In this document: positions 20,449-31,279 of the stretch, in pieces
How positions within the stretch are numbered: the stretch's first letter is position 1
How the letters are laid out: the number at the start of each line of letters is the position of its first letter
Assembly: GCA_017399265.1 (NCBI GenBank)
Contig: JAFQDL010000005.1
Span: 9,675 to 73,674 of the forward strand
Length of the DNA: 64,000 nucleotides
Source: Clostridia bacterium
GTDB lineage: Bacteria; Bacillota; Clostridia; Christensenellales; UBA1242
Reading direction: 5' to 3'
Notes under the pieces: model-generated
Told to the model about the DNA's origin: nothing
The model's input: only the letters and a program-made list of their open reading frames with translations
The model's database searches: none
Position numbers and translations under genes: made by a program

Positions 20449-22425
20449 TTATTTCAATAGGCTTAAAACATCCTTATCTGTAAGTTTAAAATACTTTAGC
20501 AAATCAGTAAAACTACCACTCTTTCCAAAGTCATCAACAGAGACAATATAACCATTTCTATCAACATATTTATGCCAAGATTGTGAAGCACCCGCCTCGA
20601 TTGCAACTCTATTAGTTATTTTACTTGGCAATACACTTTCTTTGTACTCTTCAGTCTGTTTTTCAAAAATTTCAGCACAACACATACTTACAACTCTTAC
20701 GCCGCAACCTTTCTTCTCTAAAGCATTTTTTACTCTTATAGCCAATGGTATCTCACTACCAGTAGCAATAATTATCCAATCCAATTTATTATTTTCTTTA
20801 GAAATAATATAGCCACCTTTATATAAGTTTTCACTTTCCACTTCGGGTGTAGGATATAAATCTATAACTTGCCTTGTTAAAGAAATAATTGAAGGATTAT
20901 CTATACTAGAAAAAGCTAAATTATAGCTAGCTATACATTCCTCTAAATTACATGGTCTAAACACATTTAGATTTGGCATTGCCCTAAATGAACTTAATTG
21001 TTCTATTGGTTGATGTGTTGGTCCATCTTCTCCAACAGCTATACTATCATGACTAAATATATAAACTACTGGTAATTTCATTATAGCACTACTTCTAATA
21101 GCACTGCGCAAATAATCACTAAATACCATAAATGTACTAGCAAAAGTCTTATACCCAGCAAGAGCTAAACCATTTGCTATACAACCCATGCCAAATTCTC
21201 TCACACCATAAAATATATTTTTCCCGCTAAAATCTACTTTATTTACAATCGAAGATTTTTTAATAATAGCTTTAGTACAGCTAGATAAATCAGCAGCACC
21301 ACCAATAATATTTATATTTTTCTCAGCTAATTTATTCAACACAACTGAAGCAATATTTCTAGTACTCTCTTGATTTTTATCCAACATCACATCTGTTAAT
21401 TTTAAAGGCAATAACTTGTTAGATAACTCTTTACTTAATAATTTATACTCACTAGGATATTTTTCTTTATATTTATTTAATTTTTCTTTGAATACAACAT
21501 CTATATTATTATTTTTAACAATATTGTTAAAATATTCTTTTACATCTTTTTCAATTTCGAATAACTCCGAATTTACTCCTAATTTTAGCCTTAATTCTTT
21601 AATTTGCGTATCATCCATAACTAAACCATGAGATGCAAATAATCCTTCTTTTTGTGAGCCATAACCTAATACCGTTTTAATTTCAATAAATACTGGTTTT
21701 TTAGCTTTTTTAGCCCTTGTAATAGCTTTATCAATAGCAGCAATTTCATTACCATTTTTTACAAACATATACTCAAAACCAAGTGATTCGATATATTTTT
21801 GCGTATTCATAGTTAGTGTATTACTTGTATCACTATCCAAAGTATTGTTATTACTATCATACAATACAATCAAATTATCCAAACACAAGTTGCCAGCTAT
21901 GCTCAATGCCTCATACGAAACCCCCTCCATAAGGCAACCATCACCGATAAGCGTGTATATCTTATTATCGAATAATTTACAATCGGATTTATTATATCTA
22001 GAAAGAGATTTTTGCGCGATTGCCATACCTACAGCTGTCGATACTCCCTGACCAAGTGGACCTGTTGTACATTCAATACCTAAATCCAAATCAACTTCAG
22101 GGTGCCCTGAGGTTTTTGCGTCTATCTTTCTAAAGTTTTTTAAATCATCTATAGATATCTTATGGCCTAACACATGAAGCAACGAATACAACAAAGCACT
22201 TCCATGTCCTGCACTAAGCACAAACCTATCCCTAAATATACTTTTCGTAGTTTTAGGAGAAAATTTTAAATGCTTGGTAAATAGTGTAAATAAAATGGGT
22301 GCTGCGCTTAATACAATACCTGAATGACCACTCTTTGCATTTGAGATAGTATCGCAAGCTAATACCCTTAAATTGTTAACAGCTTTAGTTTGTATATCCA
22401 CATCAAACTCCTTCAAAATATTCAA
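20449..22425 (-). CDS. tkt: Transketolase
   Basis: Motifs SGHSG, RDRFVLSAGHGS, TTGPLGQG, GDGCLMEG and GEDGPTHQPIEQ. Confidence 0.97.
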   Translation of the reverse strand: MNILKEFDVDIQTKAVNNLRVLACDTISNAKSGHSGIVLSAAPILFTLFTKHLKFSPKTTKSIFRDRFVLSAGHGSALLYSLLHVLGHKISIDDLKNFRKIDAKTSGHPEVDLDLGIECTTGPLGQGVSTAVGMAIAQKSLSRYNKSDCKLFDNKIYTLIGDGCLMEGVSYEALSIAGNLCLDNLIVLYDSNNNTLDSDTSNTLTMNTQKYIESLGFEYMFVKNGNEIAAIDKAITRAKKAKKPVFIEIKTVLGYGSQKEGLFASHGLVMDDTQIKELRLKLGVNSELFEIEKDVKEYFNNIVKNNNIDVVFKEKLNKYKEKYPSEYKLLSKELSNKLLPLKLTDVMLDKNQESTRNIASVVLNKLAEKNINIIGGAADLSSCTKAIIKKSSIVNKVDFSGKNIFYGVREFGMGCIANGLALAGYKTFASTFMVFSDYLRSAIRSSAIMKLPVVYIFSHDSIAVGEDGPTHQPIEQLSSFRAMPNLNVFRPCNLEECIASYNLAFSSIDNPSIISLTRQVIDLYPTPEVESENLYKGGYIISKENNKLDWIIIATGSEIPLAIRVKNALEKKGCGVRVVSMCCAEIFEKQTEEYKESVLPSKITNRVAIEAGASQSWHKYVDRNGYIVSVDDFGKSGSFTDLLKYFKLTDKDVLSLLK

Positions 22426-22906
22426 TAATCTTTTTTCTAATTTCTCTAATTATTTGCTTTTCATTTTTTCCTATACAATTAATTACTATATCACATTTAC
22501 TTGCAAAATGTTTATTACGTAAAGCAAACATGCCTTTTTCTAATTTATTTTCCAACTGAGTTTTATCTTCGTTTAATAATTCCCTATTATAGAATTCCTC
22601 ATCTACTTGCAAATATATTGTCAAATAATTCTTTAAATTTTCTTTGCAATTATCATAATTAAGAACGTAGTAATTAAGGTAAGTAACAGTATTTTCATAC
22701 ATAGATACTTCTTTTAATTTTTTATTCAACAACTTTTTATAATATTCCATTCCCAAAATATTTATTGTTGTACCAATATCTATAATATCAAATTCTATCA
22801 TTTTTATAATGTCTGCAAAAAAGAGTTCTAGATCATCTGCCAACTTTTTAGCTACATTACTAGAAAAATTATTAAGCAAACCAGTTATACAAATATTACT
22901 TTTCAT
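22403..22906 (-). CDS. Shikimate-kinase-like protein with a degenerate P-loop
   Basis: NICITG...VAKKLADDLELFFAD..IE...G.EYY follows the AroK pattern, but the Walker A position reads GLLNNFSS. Confidence 0.6.
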   Translation of the reverse strand: MKSNICITGLLNNFSSNVAKKLADDLELFFADIIKMIEFDIIDIGTTINILGMEYYKKLLNKKLKEVSMYENTVTYLNYYVLNYDNCKENLKNYLTIYLQVDEEFYNRELLNEDKTQLENKLEKGMFALRNKHFASKCDIVINCIGKNEKQIIREIRKKIIEYFEGV

Positions 22907-22999
22907 AACTTATTCTCTCCCAACTATATTGTAACATCTAATAATCAATTTAAGCAAATTAATCACGAAGAAAATAATTTTATCAAAAATAAAAAACGT

Positions 23000-23030
23000 A
23001 AAAAAAAACTACACGAATGTAGTTTTTTTT
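23000..23030 (-). terminator. Terminator of the alpha operon
   Basis: aaaaaaaactaca-ttcg-tgtagtttttttt directly after the rplQ stop. Confidence 0.9.
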
Positions 23031-23034
23031 ATTA

Positions 23035-23538
23035 CTATACAAGTTCAACTAATGCCATTTCTGCATTATCGCCGTTACGAGTACCTAATTTAATAATTCT
23101 AGTGTATCCACCACCAATGCCTTTTTCTGCTTTTCTAGAAGCATACTTTGGAGCATATTCATTAAACATTTTTTCGATTAATGGATGGTTGATATCTTTT
23201 GTTCTTGCAACAAAATCAGCTTTTGTCTCATTTGCACCCATTTGCTCTTGAACGTCATAAACTTTACTCATAATTGCTCTTCTAGCATTTAATTTCTTTG
23301 TACCATCATTGATAACTTCTTTTTGAACCTTTACACCTTTCTCATCTGTTACAGTTTTTACAACTTTAACATTATCTTCAAAAGTATTAATTGCAAGGGT
23401 TAAAAGTTTTTCTGCATAAGATCTAACTTCTTTTGCTCTTGCTAAAGTAGTTTCAACCTTACCATACCAAAGTAAATTAGTTGCTAAACCTTTAATAACA
23501 GCCATTCTTTCATCAGTAGGTCTATTTAACTTTCTCAT
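23035..23538 (-). CDS. rplQ: 50S ribosomal protein L17 (with insertions)
   Basis: RKLNR, ETTLARAKEVR and GGYTRIIKLG; follows rpoA. Confidence 0.97.
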   Translation of the reverse strand: MRKLNRPTDERMAVIKGLATNLLWYGKVETTLARAKEVRSYAEKLLTLAINTFEDNVKVVKTVTDEKGVKVQKEVINDGTKKLNARRAIMSKVYDVQEQMGANETKADFVARTKDINHPLIEKMFNEYAPKYASRKAEKGIGGGYTRIIKLGTRNGDNAEMALVELV

Positions 23539-23552
23539 TGCATATCTCCTTT

Positions 23553-24506
23553 TTATTCTTCATCATTACGTAAAGATAAACCATATTCAGCAAGTTTTGC
23601 TATAACTTCTTCTAAAGATCTCTTACCTAGATTCTTAACTTTAGCCAAGTCAGACTCTGTCTTCTTAGTTAAGTCTTGAACTGTTAAGATATTAGCTCTC
23701 TTTAAGCAGTTGTAACTTCTAACTGATAATTCCATATCATCAATAGTCATTTCTAATACTTTTGTTTGTTTATCTTCTTCTCTACTAATTAGTAAATCCA
23801 TTTGAGACATACTTTCAACCAAGTCAACAAATAAGCCAATATGGTCTTGAATTAACTTACCAGATAGACTTATAACTTCTCTTGCAGAAAGAGTTCCATT
23901 TGTTTCTACTTCAATAGTTAATTTGTCATAATCAATATTTTGTCCAACACGAGTGTTTTGAACGAAATAATTAACTTTTTTAACAGGTGTGAAATTAGAA
24001 TCTATAGCGATATAACCAATTGGAGCATCTTCTGGTTTGTTTGCATCAGCAACAACAAATCCTCTACCTCTTCCAATAAATACTTGTAATTCAAATTGAG
24101 CATCAGAATCTAGGGTACAAATATGAAGTTCTGGATTAAGAATTTCTACTAAGTCATTTGGCTCGAAATCGGCTGCAGTAACCTCACCAGCACCATATTT
24201 GTTAATAGTAATAACTGTGCTAAAATCTTTTGTAGTATCAAAAGCCTTTACAGCAAGATTTTTGATATTTAATACAATATCAACTACATCTTCCACAACA
24301 CCTTTAATTGTAGAAAACTCATGTTGAACACCAGAAATTTTAATACCTACTGGAGCAGCGCCTGGCAAAGCAGATAATAGAACTCTTCTTAGGCAATTAC
24401 CAATAGTAATTCCGAAGCCTCTATCAAGTGGTTCTACTATAAATCTTGCAAAACAACCATTCTCAGTTTCTTCACAAGTAATTCTTGGTTTCTCTATTTC
24501 CATCAT
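23553..24506 (-). CDS. rpoA: RNA polymerase alpha subunit
   Basis: EPLDRGFGITIGNCLRRVLLS and the C-terminal-domain motif LSVRSYNCLKRA. Confidence 0.99.
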   Translation of the reverse strand: MMEIEKPRITCEETENGCFARFIVEPLDRGFGITIGNCLRRVLLSALPGAAPVGIKISGVQHEFSTIKGVVEDVVDIVLNIKNLAVKAFDTTKDFSTVITINKYGAGEVTAADFEPNDLVEILNPELHICTLDSDAQFELQVFIGRGRGFVVADANKPEDAPIGYIAIDSNFTPVKKVNYFVQNTRVGQNIDYDKLTIEVETNGTLSAREVISLSGKLIQDHIGLFVDLVESMSQMDLLISREEDKQTKVLEMTIDDMELSVRSYNCLKRANILTVQDLTKKTESDLAKVKNLGKRSLEEVIAKLAEYGLSLRNDEE

Positions 24507-24532
24507 ATTGAAAAATTCCTCACTTTTTAGGA

Positions 24533-25153
24533 TTATTTAGAGTACAACTCTATAATTAAGTGCTCTTTAATATTTAAGTCAATATCATCTCTTTGAGGAA
24601 GTGCATTAACTTTACCAACAAGAGCAGTGCTATCAAATTCTAGCCATTTTGGAAGAACAACTTTGATATCTTTCAATTCTTTGAAAGCTTCGATATCACG
24701 CTTGTTTTCCTTTATAGAAATAACATCTCCAACCTTTACTAAATAAGAAGGAATGTTAACACGCTTGCCGTTTACAGTAATATGGCCGTGGTTAACAATT
24801 TGTCTAGATTCAGCTCTAGATGAACCGATACCTAATCTGTATACAACGTTATCTAATCTTCTTTCTAGAAGAGATAACATATTTTCACCGACAATACCTT
24901 TCATATTTTCAGCGATATTGTAATATTTCTTAAATTGTTTTTCTAGCAAACCATAAGCTCTTTTAACTTTTTGTTTTTCTCTTAATTGTAGACTATATTC
25001 ACTAGCTTTCTTTCTTGCTTGACCGTGAACACCTGGAACAGTTGCATTTTTCTCAATTGGGCATTTGCTTGAAAGACATCTTTCGCCTTTTAAGAAAAGT
25101 TTGCAACCTTCTCTACGACAAAGTCTACAATCTGCACCGGTATATTTTGCCAT
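24533..25153 (-). CDS. rpsD: 30S ribosomal protein S4
   Basis: [15 protein letters not shown] and [13 protein letters not shown]. Confidence 0.99.
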   Translation of the reverse strand: MAKYTGADCRLCRREGCKLFLKGERCLSSKCPIEKNATVPGVHGQARKKASEYSLQLREKQKVKRAYGLLEKQFKKYYNIAENMKGIVGENMLSLLERRLDNVVYRLGIGSSRAESRQIVNHGHITVNGKRVNIPSYLVKVGDVISIKENKRDIEAFKELKDIKVVLPKWLEFDSTALVGKVNALPQRDDIDLNIKEHLIIELYSK

Positions 25154-25227
25154 TTAATTAATATCTCCTTTAATTTTTCCTTCAAGGTAAAATACCTTAA
25201 ATATGTTATATAAATTTTTGAATAAAA

Positions 25228-25629
25228 CTATATTCTTCTTCTCTTTGGTGGACGGCATCCATTATGAGGGATTGGAGAAACGTCTTTAATCATAGTAACG
25301 TTCAAACCTGCAGTTTGTAATGCTCTAATAGCAGTTTCTCTACCATTTCCTGGACCTTTAACATATACGTCAACACTATTTAAACCTTGTTCTTTAGCTG
25401 CTTTTCCAGCAATCTCAGCTGCTTGTTGTGCAGCATATGGAGTGCTCTTTCTAGAACCGCTTAGTCCTAGACTACCAGCACTACTCCAAGTAATTACGTT
25501 TCCAGCTTGATCGGTAACAGTGACAATAGTATTGTTAAAAGATGCATTAATGTAGGCACATCCTTTATCTAAATTTTTAGTTACTTTTTTCTTTTTAATT
25601 ACTTTTTTCTTTTTTGTAACTGTAGCCAT
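25228..25629 (-). CDS. rpsK: 30S ribosomal protein S11
   Basis: [17 protein letters not shown] and [12 protein letters not shown]. Confidence 0.99.
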   Translation of the reverse strand: MATVTKKKKVIKKKKVTKNLDKGCAYINASFNNTIVTVTDQAGNVITWSSAGSLGLSGSRKSTPYAAQQAAEIAGKAAKEQGLNSVDVYVKGPGNGRETAIRALQTAGLNVTMIKDVSPIPHNGCRPPKRRRI

Positions 25630-25651
25630 TTTATACTTTATCTCCTACAAA

Positions 25652-26029
25652 TTATATTTTTGCTTTTTTAGACTTAGATACGGTTTTCTTTGGACCCTTT
25701 CTAGTTCTAGCATTTTGCTTAGTGTTTTGACCACGAACAGGAAGACCTTTTCTATGTCTAACACCACGATAGCAACCAATTTCTTGTAATCTCTTGATAT
25801 TTAATGAGATTTCTCTTTGCAAGTCACCTTCTACAACACAGTTTTTCTCAATGTAATTTCTGATTAAAGCGATCTCATCTTCAGTCAAATCTTTAACACG
25901 AGTATCTGGGTTTACGCCGGTTTCTTTTAAAATTTTGTTAGCAGTATGTCTACCAATACCAAAAATATAAGTTAAGCCAATCTCAACTCTCTTTTCGTTA
26001 GGTAAATCAATTCCAGCAATACGAGCCAT
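25652..26029 (-). CDS. rpsM: 30S ribosomal protein S13
   Basis: [10 protein letters not shown] and [11 protein letters not shown]. Confidence 0.99.
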   Translation of the reverse strand: MARIAGIDLPNEKRVEIGLTYIFGIGRHTANKILKETGVNPDTRVKDLTEDEIALIRNYIEKNCVVEGDLQREISLNIKRLQEIGCYRGVRHRKGLPVRGQNTKQNARTRKGPKKTVSKSKKAKI

Positions 26030-26065
26030 GTATTTTCCTCCAAAAATATTTAAATAAATTTATAT

Positions 26066-26136
26066 AAAACACATTTTGAGAAGAATTAAATTCTCAGCCG
26101 CCTCAAAACATGATTATTTTCAAAATAAGGTGTTTT
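26066..26136 (-). ncRNA. Structured leader upstream of rpsM (candidate S4-binding r-leader)
   Basis: Minus strand aaaacac...gtgtttt encloses a ttatttt/aaaataa hairpin and a ttttgag-gcggctg-agaa..ttct-t-ctcaaaa stem. It lies between a promoter and the rpsM RBS. Confidence 0.5.
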
Positions 26137-26197
26137 TTTACAGATTAACTGTATAAACAAAGAAACACAAAACTTTGCAATTCACAATACTTATATA

Positions 26198-26226
26198 AGT
26201 ATAGCATTTATTATGTAAAAAATCAA
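26198..26226 (-). promoter_or_regulatory. Internal sigma-A promoter of the alpha operon
   Basis: TTGATT-17-TATACT with an extended -10 TG. Confidence 0.7.
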
Positions 26227-26276
26227 TACTATAAACAAATAAACACGAAAAAAGTTATATCAAAAAAGTTTTGATA

Positions 26277-26393
26277 TTAACCTTGTCTTTGTTTATGTTT
26301 AGGGTATTTAGAGCATATAACCATTACAGTTCCATCTCTTTTAATGATTTTACAATTATCACACATTTTCTTTACTGATGGTCTTACTTTCAT
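26277..26393 (-). CDS. rpmJ: 50S ribosomal protein L36 (38 aa, below the ORF-track cutoff)
   Basis: Manual translation [38 protein letters not shown]. Confidence 0.98.
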   Translation of the reverse strand: MKVRPSVKKMCDNCKIIKRDGTVMVICSKYPKHKQRQG

Positions 26394-26395
26394 AT

Positions 26396-26638
26396 CTAAT
26401 TATTCTCCTCAGTTCTTTGTTGTTTCATACGCCAAATTATTCGGCCTTTTGTTAAATCATATAAGGACATCTCAACTTTTACTTGATCACCTACTAATAT
26501 CCTTATATTGTTTAGGTGTAATTTACCTGAAAGATACGCAGTTATTACATATCCATTTGTCAATTTTACTTTGAAATTTGCATTACGTAAAACTTCAACT
26601 ACAACACCTTCTGTTTCGATTACATCTTCTTTTGACAA
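26396..26638 (-). CDS. infA: Translation initiation factor IF-1
   Basis: [11 protein letters not shown] and [23 protein letters not shown]. Confidence 0.98.
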   Translation of the reverse strand: MSKEDVIETEGVVVEVLRNANFKVKLTNGYVITAYLSGKLHLNNIRILVGDQVKVEMSLYDLTKGRIIWRMKQQRTEENN

Positions 26639-26640
26639 AA

Positions 26641-26907
26641 TTAACAGCCCCCTTGTTTAAATTCTTTTAAAATTTTAATTATTACAGAATTGTCTAACTT
26701 ATTAGCTTCCATAAGTTTTATTATTTCTTCGCTTTCGCCTATTTTTACAATATGCTTTAGGCTTTTTTTCTTAGGGTTTGATATAGGTCTAATTTTACCA
26801 TTGACCAAATATGAAAATTTATCATCGATATTAATGACTATATAATTTTCACCTCTGTCATGACCTAAAATTGAGCGTACAATTAGCCCTTTTTTAACAT
26901 TCTGCAT
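26641..26907 (-). CDS. KOW-domain (L14e-like) RNA-binding protein
   Basis: G.IVRS..GHD and PKKKSLKH; typical clostridial position between map and infA. Confidence 0.85.
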   Translation of the reverse strand: MQNVKKGLIVRSILGHDRGENYIVINIDDKFSYLVNGKIRPISNPKKKSLKHIVKIGESEEIIKLMEANKLDNSVIIKILKEFKQGGC

Positions 26908-26919
26908 AGTAGCCTACTC

Positions 26920-27663
26920 CTAGATTGTTAATATTTCAACACCATTTTCGGTAATTAATACAGTATTTTCATAATGGGCTGAAGGTAAATCATCTTTGGT
27001 TTTGCAAGTCCAGCCATCACTTAGGAATTGCACTCTCTTATCCCCCATGTTTATCATAGGTTCAATTGCAATAGTAGCACCAGCATTTAGTTTTACACCG
27101 CTTCCTGCTCTGCCAAAATTTGGCACCATAGGATCTTCGTGCAAATCTTTGCCTATGCCATGTCCAACAAGTTCTCTAACAACAGAATAACCATTCTTTT
27201 CAGCAAATGTCTGTATTCGATTTGAAATATCTCCAACAAAAGCACCTGCTTTTAATCCTTTGATACCTTCAAAGAAACTTTGCTCAGTTATCTTTATTAG
27301 CCTTTTTACTTTTGAATTCACTTTTCCTACAGTGAATGTTCTAGCCGCATCACCATGAAATCCCTTATAATATGCTCCACAATCTATACTTATAATATCT
27401 CCGTCTTTTAATTCAGTATCATCTGGTATTCCGTGTACAACAACAGAATTAATAGATGTACAAATTGTAGCAGGGAAACCGCCGTATCCTAAGAAAGACG
27501 GTTTCGCTCCACGACTTGTAATATAGTTGTAAGCAAGTCTGTCAAGTTCTTTTGTAGTGACACCAACCTTAACTTGCGTTTTCAAATAATCTAAAGTATC
27601 ACGCGTAATTTCACACGCAATACGCATAGTTTCTAAATCTTTTTCTGATTTAAGTTTTATCAT
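26920..27663 (-). CDS. map: Type I methionine aminopeptidase
   Basis: VVHGIP, DCGA..GFHGDAART, GHGIG..LHEDP, EPM and SAHYENT. Confidence 0.98.
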   Translation of the reverse strand: MIKLKSEKDLETMRIACEITRDTLDYLKTQVKVGVTTKELDRLAYNYITSRGAKPSFLGYGGFPATICTSINSVVVHGIPDDTELKDGDIISIDCGAYYKGFHGDAARTFTVGKVNSKVKRLIKITEQSFFEGIKGLKAGAFVGDISNRIQTFAEKNGYSVVRELVGHGIGKDLHEDPMVPNFGRAGSGVKLNAGATIAIEPMINMGDKRVQFLSDGWTCKTKDDLPSAHYENTVLITENGVEILTI

Positions 27664-27670
27664 TTAACAC

Positions 27671-28294
27671 CTAGATTGTTTTTAGTACTTCGTCAACCAA
27701 CTTATAAGTTTTTTCAATCTCATCAGTAGCATTGATTGCACTAAACACATTCTTATTTTTATAAAATTCTACAACATCTTGTGGCACTGCTTGTTTTTTA
27801 AGTCTATTCTTAATAACTTCTGGCTTATCATCATCTCTAACATAAACCTCACCGCCACATTTATCGCATTTGCCATCAACTAACCAATCCAAAGATGTAG
27901 AATGACCACATTCACGACACATCCTTCTACTAGAAAGTCTCCTAATAATCTCTTCTTCTGATAGATCAATAAGCAATGCTTTATCAATAGTTGCCATTTT
28001 TTCAAGTGCTTTAGCTTGCACTAAATTTCTTGGAAAACCATCAAGAATGAAGCCATTTTTTTGACATTCTTCACTTGCTAGTCTATCCTCTACTATCTTA
28101 ATAGTTAATTCTTCTGGAACTAACTCACCAGCGTCTACAAACTTCTTTGCTTGTTTACCTAGTTCAGTTTCATTTTGAATATTCCATCTAAAAATTTCGC
28201 CAGTAGAAATGTGAGGAACTCCATACCTTTCACTAATAAGTTTAGCTTGTGTTCCCTTACCACTTCCAACAGGGCCTAATAATACTAAACGCAT
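27671..28294 (-). CDS. adk: Adenylate kinase with a Zn-binding LID
   Basis: GPVGSGKGTQA, LDGFPRN and CRECG...CDKCG. Confidence 0.97.
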   Translation of the reverse strand: MRLVLLGPVGSGKGTQAKLISERYGVPHISTGEIFRWNIQNETELGKQAKKFVDAGELVPEELTIKIVEDRLASEECQKNGFILDGFPRNLVQAKALEKMATIDKALLIDLSEEEIIRRLSSRRMCRECGHSTSLDWLVDGKCDKCGGEVYVRDDDKPEVIKNRLKKQAVPQDVVEFYKNKNVFSAINATDEIEKTYKLVDEVLKTI

Positions 28295-28312
28295 AAGATC
28301 ATCCTTTCGGAT

Positions 28313-29617
28313 TTATTTTAAAAATCCTTTATAATTCTTCATTAACATTTGAGACTCTAATTGTTTATCTAATTCAATAGCAACAGATACTACGATTAGT
28401 AGTCCTGTAGCACTAAATGCATTTACAAGTGTACCTGTACCAATTATCTTAAAGATAATACTTGGGATAATTGCTACTAACGCTAGGAATATTGCTCCAA
28501 AAAGCGTAATTCTATTAGATATTTTCTTTAAATAATCAGCTGTTGGTTTACCTGGTCTAATACCTGGAATAAAACCACCATTTTGTTGGATATTTTTTGA
28601 AATATCAACTGGATTAAATGTAATTTGTGACCAGAAATATGCAAATCCAACAATAAACAAAGCCATTAAGAAGAAATATAACCAACTTTGAGTACCGATA
28701 TATTTATTAATGAATTGAGCAAATCCACTTTGTGAATTTGGAGCAAATAAACTAATTAATATTTGTGGTAGTGATATAAATGTCATAGCAAAGATGATTG
28801 GCATAACACCAGTAGAATTTACTTTTACTGGAATAAATGTACTTTGACCACCATACATCTTTCTACCTTTGATTTGTTTTGCATATTGAACAGCAATTTT
28901 TCTTTCTGCCATATCAATAAATACAATAAATCCGAAAATAACAATAAGAGCTATTACGAAATATAAAATCTCTAATAACATTTCCATATTGCCAGTAAAT
29001 ACACCATTTTCAGCAAATAATGCAGTATACATGCTGTTAGCAAAAGTTGAAAGAATACCTACGAAGATAAGTAATGATAGGCCATTACCAATACCTAATT
29101 CAGTAATTTTTTCACCTAACCAATAAGTTGCCATTGATCCAGCTACAAGAATTAATACTACCATACAAGAAATTAGCCATACTGGACCAACCTCTGCATT
29201 AATAATACTTTGATAACTTAATACAATTGCAATTGATTGAATAGTAGCTAATACTAAAGCACAATACTTAGTATAAGTTGACATCTTTTGCTTGCCCTCT
29301 TCTCCCATTCTTGACAATCTTTGTAATCCTGGAATAATAAGAGTAAGTAATTGAATAATAATTGAAGAACTAATATAAGGTGAAACACCCAAAGCGAATA
29401 TCGCACCATTTGCAAGTGCGCCACCGCTAACAGAGTTTAGCAAATTCATAAATGTTAATCCATCGCTTACACCTAAACTATCTTTGAATGCTTGTGCATC
29501 AAGTCCTGGAACAACAATCCAACAACCTAGTCTATAAACTAAAATAAGTAGGATTGTTAATAAAATTTTCTTTCTTAAATCTTTGTCTTTGAAAGCGTCT
29601 ATAAGTCTTTTAAACAT
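28313..29617 (-). CDS. secY: Preprotein translocase SecY
   Basis: ALGVSPYI, GIGNGLSL, GVMPIIFA and IPGIRPG. Confidence 0.99.
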   Translation of the reverse strand: MFKRLIDAFKDKDLRKKILLTILLILVYRLGCWIVVPGLDAQAFKDSLGVSDGLTFMNLLNSVSGGALANGAIFALGVSPYISSSIIIQLLTLIIPGLQRLSRMGEEGKQKMSTYTKYCALVLATIQSIAIVLSYQSIINAEVGPVWLISCMVVLILVAGSMATYWLGEKITELGIGNGLSLLIFVGILSTFANSMYTALFAENGVFTGNMEMLLEILYFVIALIVIFGFIVFIDMAERKIAVQYAKQIKGRKMYGGQSTFIPVKVNSTGVMPIIFAMTFISLPQILISLFAPNSQSGFAQFINKYIGTQSWLYFFLMALFIVGFAYFWSQITFNPVDISKNIQQNGGFIPGIRPGKPTADYLKKISNRITLFGAIFLALVAIIPSIIFKIIGTGTLVNAFSATGLLIVVSVAIELDKQLESQMLMKNYKGFLK

Positions 29618-30063
29618 TATAACACCTCGATTTTGCCACCTGCGTTAACGATTTTTTGTATTGCGTTTTCAGAAAACTTCTTAGCTTGAACAGTGAAAGG
29701 TTTTGTAATATTTCCATTTCCCAATACTTTTAAACCATAAGGGGCAACTTTATTAATAATATTTTTCTCTTGCAAAAATTCGATGTTAATAACACTATTT
29801 TCTGCAAATTTCTCCAAATCAGATACATTAATAATATTGTATACTTCTTTGAAATTCTTGTTATTAAAACCTCTTCTTGGAAGTCTTCTAGTTAAAGGCA
29901 TTTGACCACCTTCAAAACCTGGTCTAACACCACCACCGCTTCTAGAATTTTGTCCTTTTGTACCTCTACCTGCAGTTTTACCTAAACCAGAACCGATACC
30001 TCTACCAATTCTTTTAGTTGCAAATGTAGAATTTGGAGCAGGAGCTAATTGATGTAATTTCAT
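29617..30063 (-). CDS. rplO: 50S ribosomal protein L15
   Basis: RIGRGIGSG.GKTAGRG and FEGGQMPL. Confidence 0.99.
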   Translation of the reverse strand: MKLHQLAPAPNSTFATKRIGRGIGSGLGKTAGRGTKGQNSRSGGGVRPGFEGGQMPLTRRLPRRGFNNKNFKEVYNIINVSDLEKFAENSVINIEFLQEKNIINKVAPYGLKVLGNGNITKPFTVQAKKFSENAIQKIVNAGGKIEVL

Positions 30064-30075
30064 AAAGTTTACCTC

Positions 30076-30315
30076 CTAGTCTATATTCTCAACACGAACT
30101 AAGTGTTTGATTTTGAAAATCATGCCTCTAACAGCATCATTATCAGGAAGTTCGTTTGAAGAATTTAATTTGCCAAGTCCTAGAGCTTTAGCAGTTCTAG
30201 CTTGGTCTTTGTTATAACCAATAGTACTCTTAACAAGAGTAACTCTTATTTTCTTTTCAACTGTTTTAGAAGATTTAGCCTTAACAGTTGTTTTCTTAGT
30301 TTCTAATTCTGCCAT
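30076..30315 (-). CDS. rpmD: 50S ribosomal protein L30 (N-terminal extension)
   Basis: [16 protein letters not shown] and [11 protein letters not shown]. Confidence 0.96.
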   Translation of the reverse strand: MAELETKKTTVKAKSSKTVEKKIRVTLVKSTIGYNKDQARTAKALGLGKLNSSNELPDNDAVRGMIFKIKHLVRVENID

Positions 30316-30331
30316 TTTCTAAATCCCCCTA

Positions 30332-30880
30332 TTATAAAATTTCCTCAACAGTTTTTCCTCTTAGGGCTGCAACTTGTTCTTTAGTTCTTAATTGCATTAA
30401 AGCATCTAATGTTGCTTTTACGCAGTTAATCTTATTTCTTGAGCCATAAGATTTAGCAGTAATATCTTTAATACCGCATAGTTCAACAACTGGTCTAACA
30501 GAACCGCCTGCAATAACACCAGTACCTTCTGGAGAAGGAATAAGTTTAACCATGCTTGTACCAAACTTACCTACTACTTCGTGTGGAATAGTTGTTCCCT
30601 CTAGAGCAATTTTAACCATTCTCTTTTTAGCAATAGCAGTAGCTTTCTCTATTGCATTTGGAACTTCTGCAGCTTTACCATTACCTATTCCTACTTTACC
30701 GTCTTTATCTCCGACAACTACTAAGGCGCTAAATCTCATATTTCTACCACCTTTAACAACCTTAGTAACACGATTTACATTAACCAATTTACTAGTAATT
30801 GGGTCTACTTCTTTTTCTCTTCTTGGAGATTTACGGTCAAATGATTTTTTCTCAAATGATTTTTTCTCGTTATTTTGCAT
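30332..30880 (-). CDS. rpsE: 30S ribosomal protein S5
   Basis: [22 protein letters not shown]. Confidence 0.99.
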   Translation of the reverse strand: MQNNEKKSFEKKSFDRKSPRREKEVDPITSKLVNVNRVTKVVKGGRNMRFSALVVVGDKDGKVGIGNGKAAEVPNAIEKATAIAKKRMVKIALEGTTIPHEVVGKFGTSMVKLIPSPEGTGVIAGGSVRPVVELCGIKDITAKSYGSRNKINCVKATLDALMQLRTKEQVAALRGKTVEEIL

Positions 30881-30891
30881 TATCTTTCTCC

Positions 30892-31260
30892 TTAAAAATC
30901 TAATCCGCCATTACGGGCACCATCAGCCAAAGCTTTAACTCTACCAGTGTAAAGATATCCAGCTCTATCAAATACGATAGATTTGATACCTTTCTCGATA
31001 GCTGCTTTAGCAACTGCTTCCCCAACTATGTAAGCTGATTCTTGTTTAGTTTTACCTTCAATGCTAGCTGCAATATTTTTGTCCATTGTAGAAGCACTTA
31101 CTAATGTAATTCCCTTGGAGTCGTCAATAACTTGACAATAGATTTGATTAAGAGTTCTATGAACACTTAGTCTTGGTCTTTCTGCAGTACCATTAACTTT
31201 GTTTCTTACACGGATTGCTCTAACTTTTCTATCCGCATTTTTATCAATCTTATTTATCAT
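30892..31260 (-). CDS. rplR: 50S ribosomal protein L18
   Basis: [10 protein letters not shown] and [16 protein letters not shown]. Confidence 0.99.
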   Translation of the reverse strand: MINKIDKNADRKVRAIRVRNKVNGTAERPRLSVHRTLNQIYCQVIDDSKGITLVSASTMDKNIAASIEGKTKQESAYIVGEAVAKAAIEKGIKSIVFDRAGYLYTGRVKALADGARNGGLDF

Positions 31261-31279
31261 ATTACCTAATTACTCCTTA

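Noticed and set aside
23535-23543. ATG-CAA-TGA mini-ORF overlapping the rplQ start
   Set aside because: The first ATG is only 2 nt from the SD; the second ATG has normal spacing.
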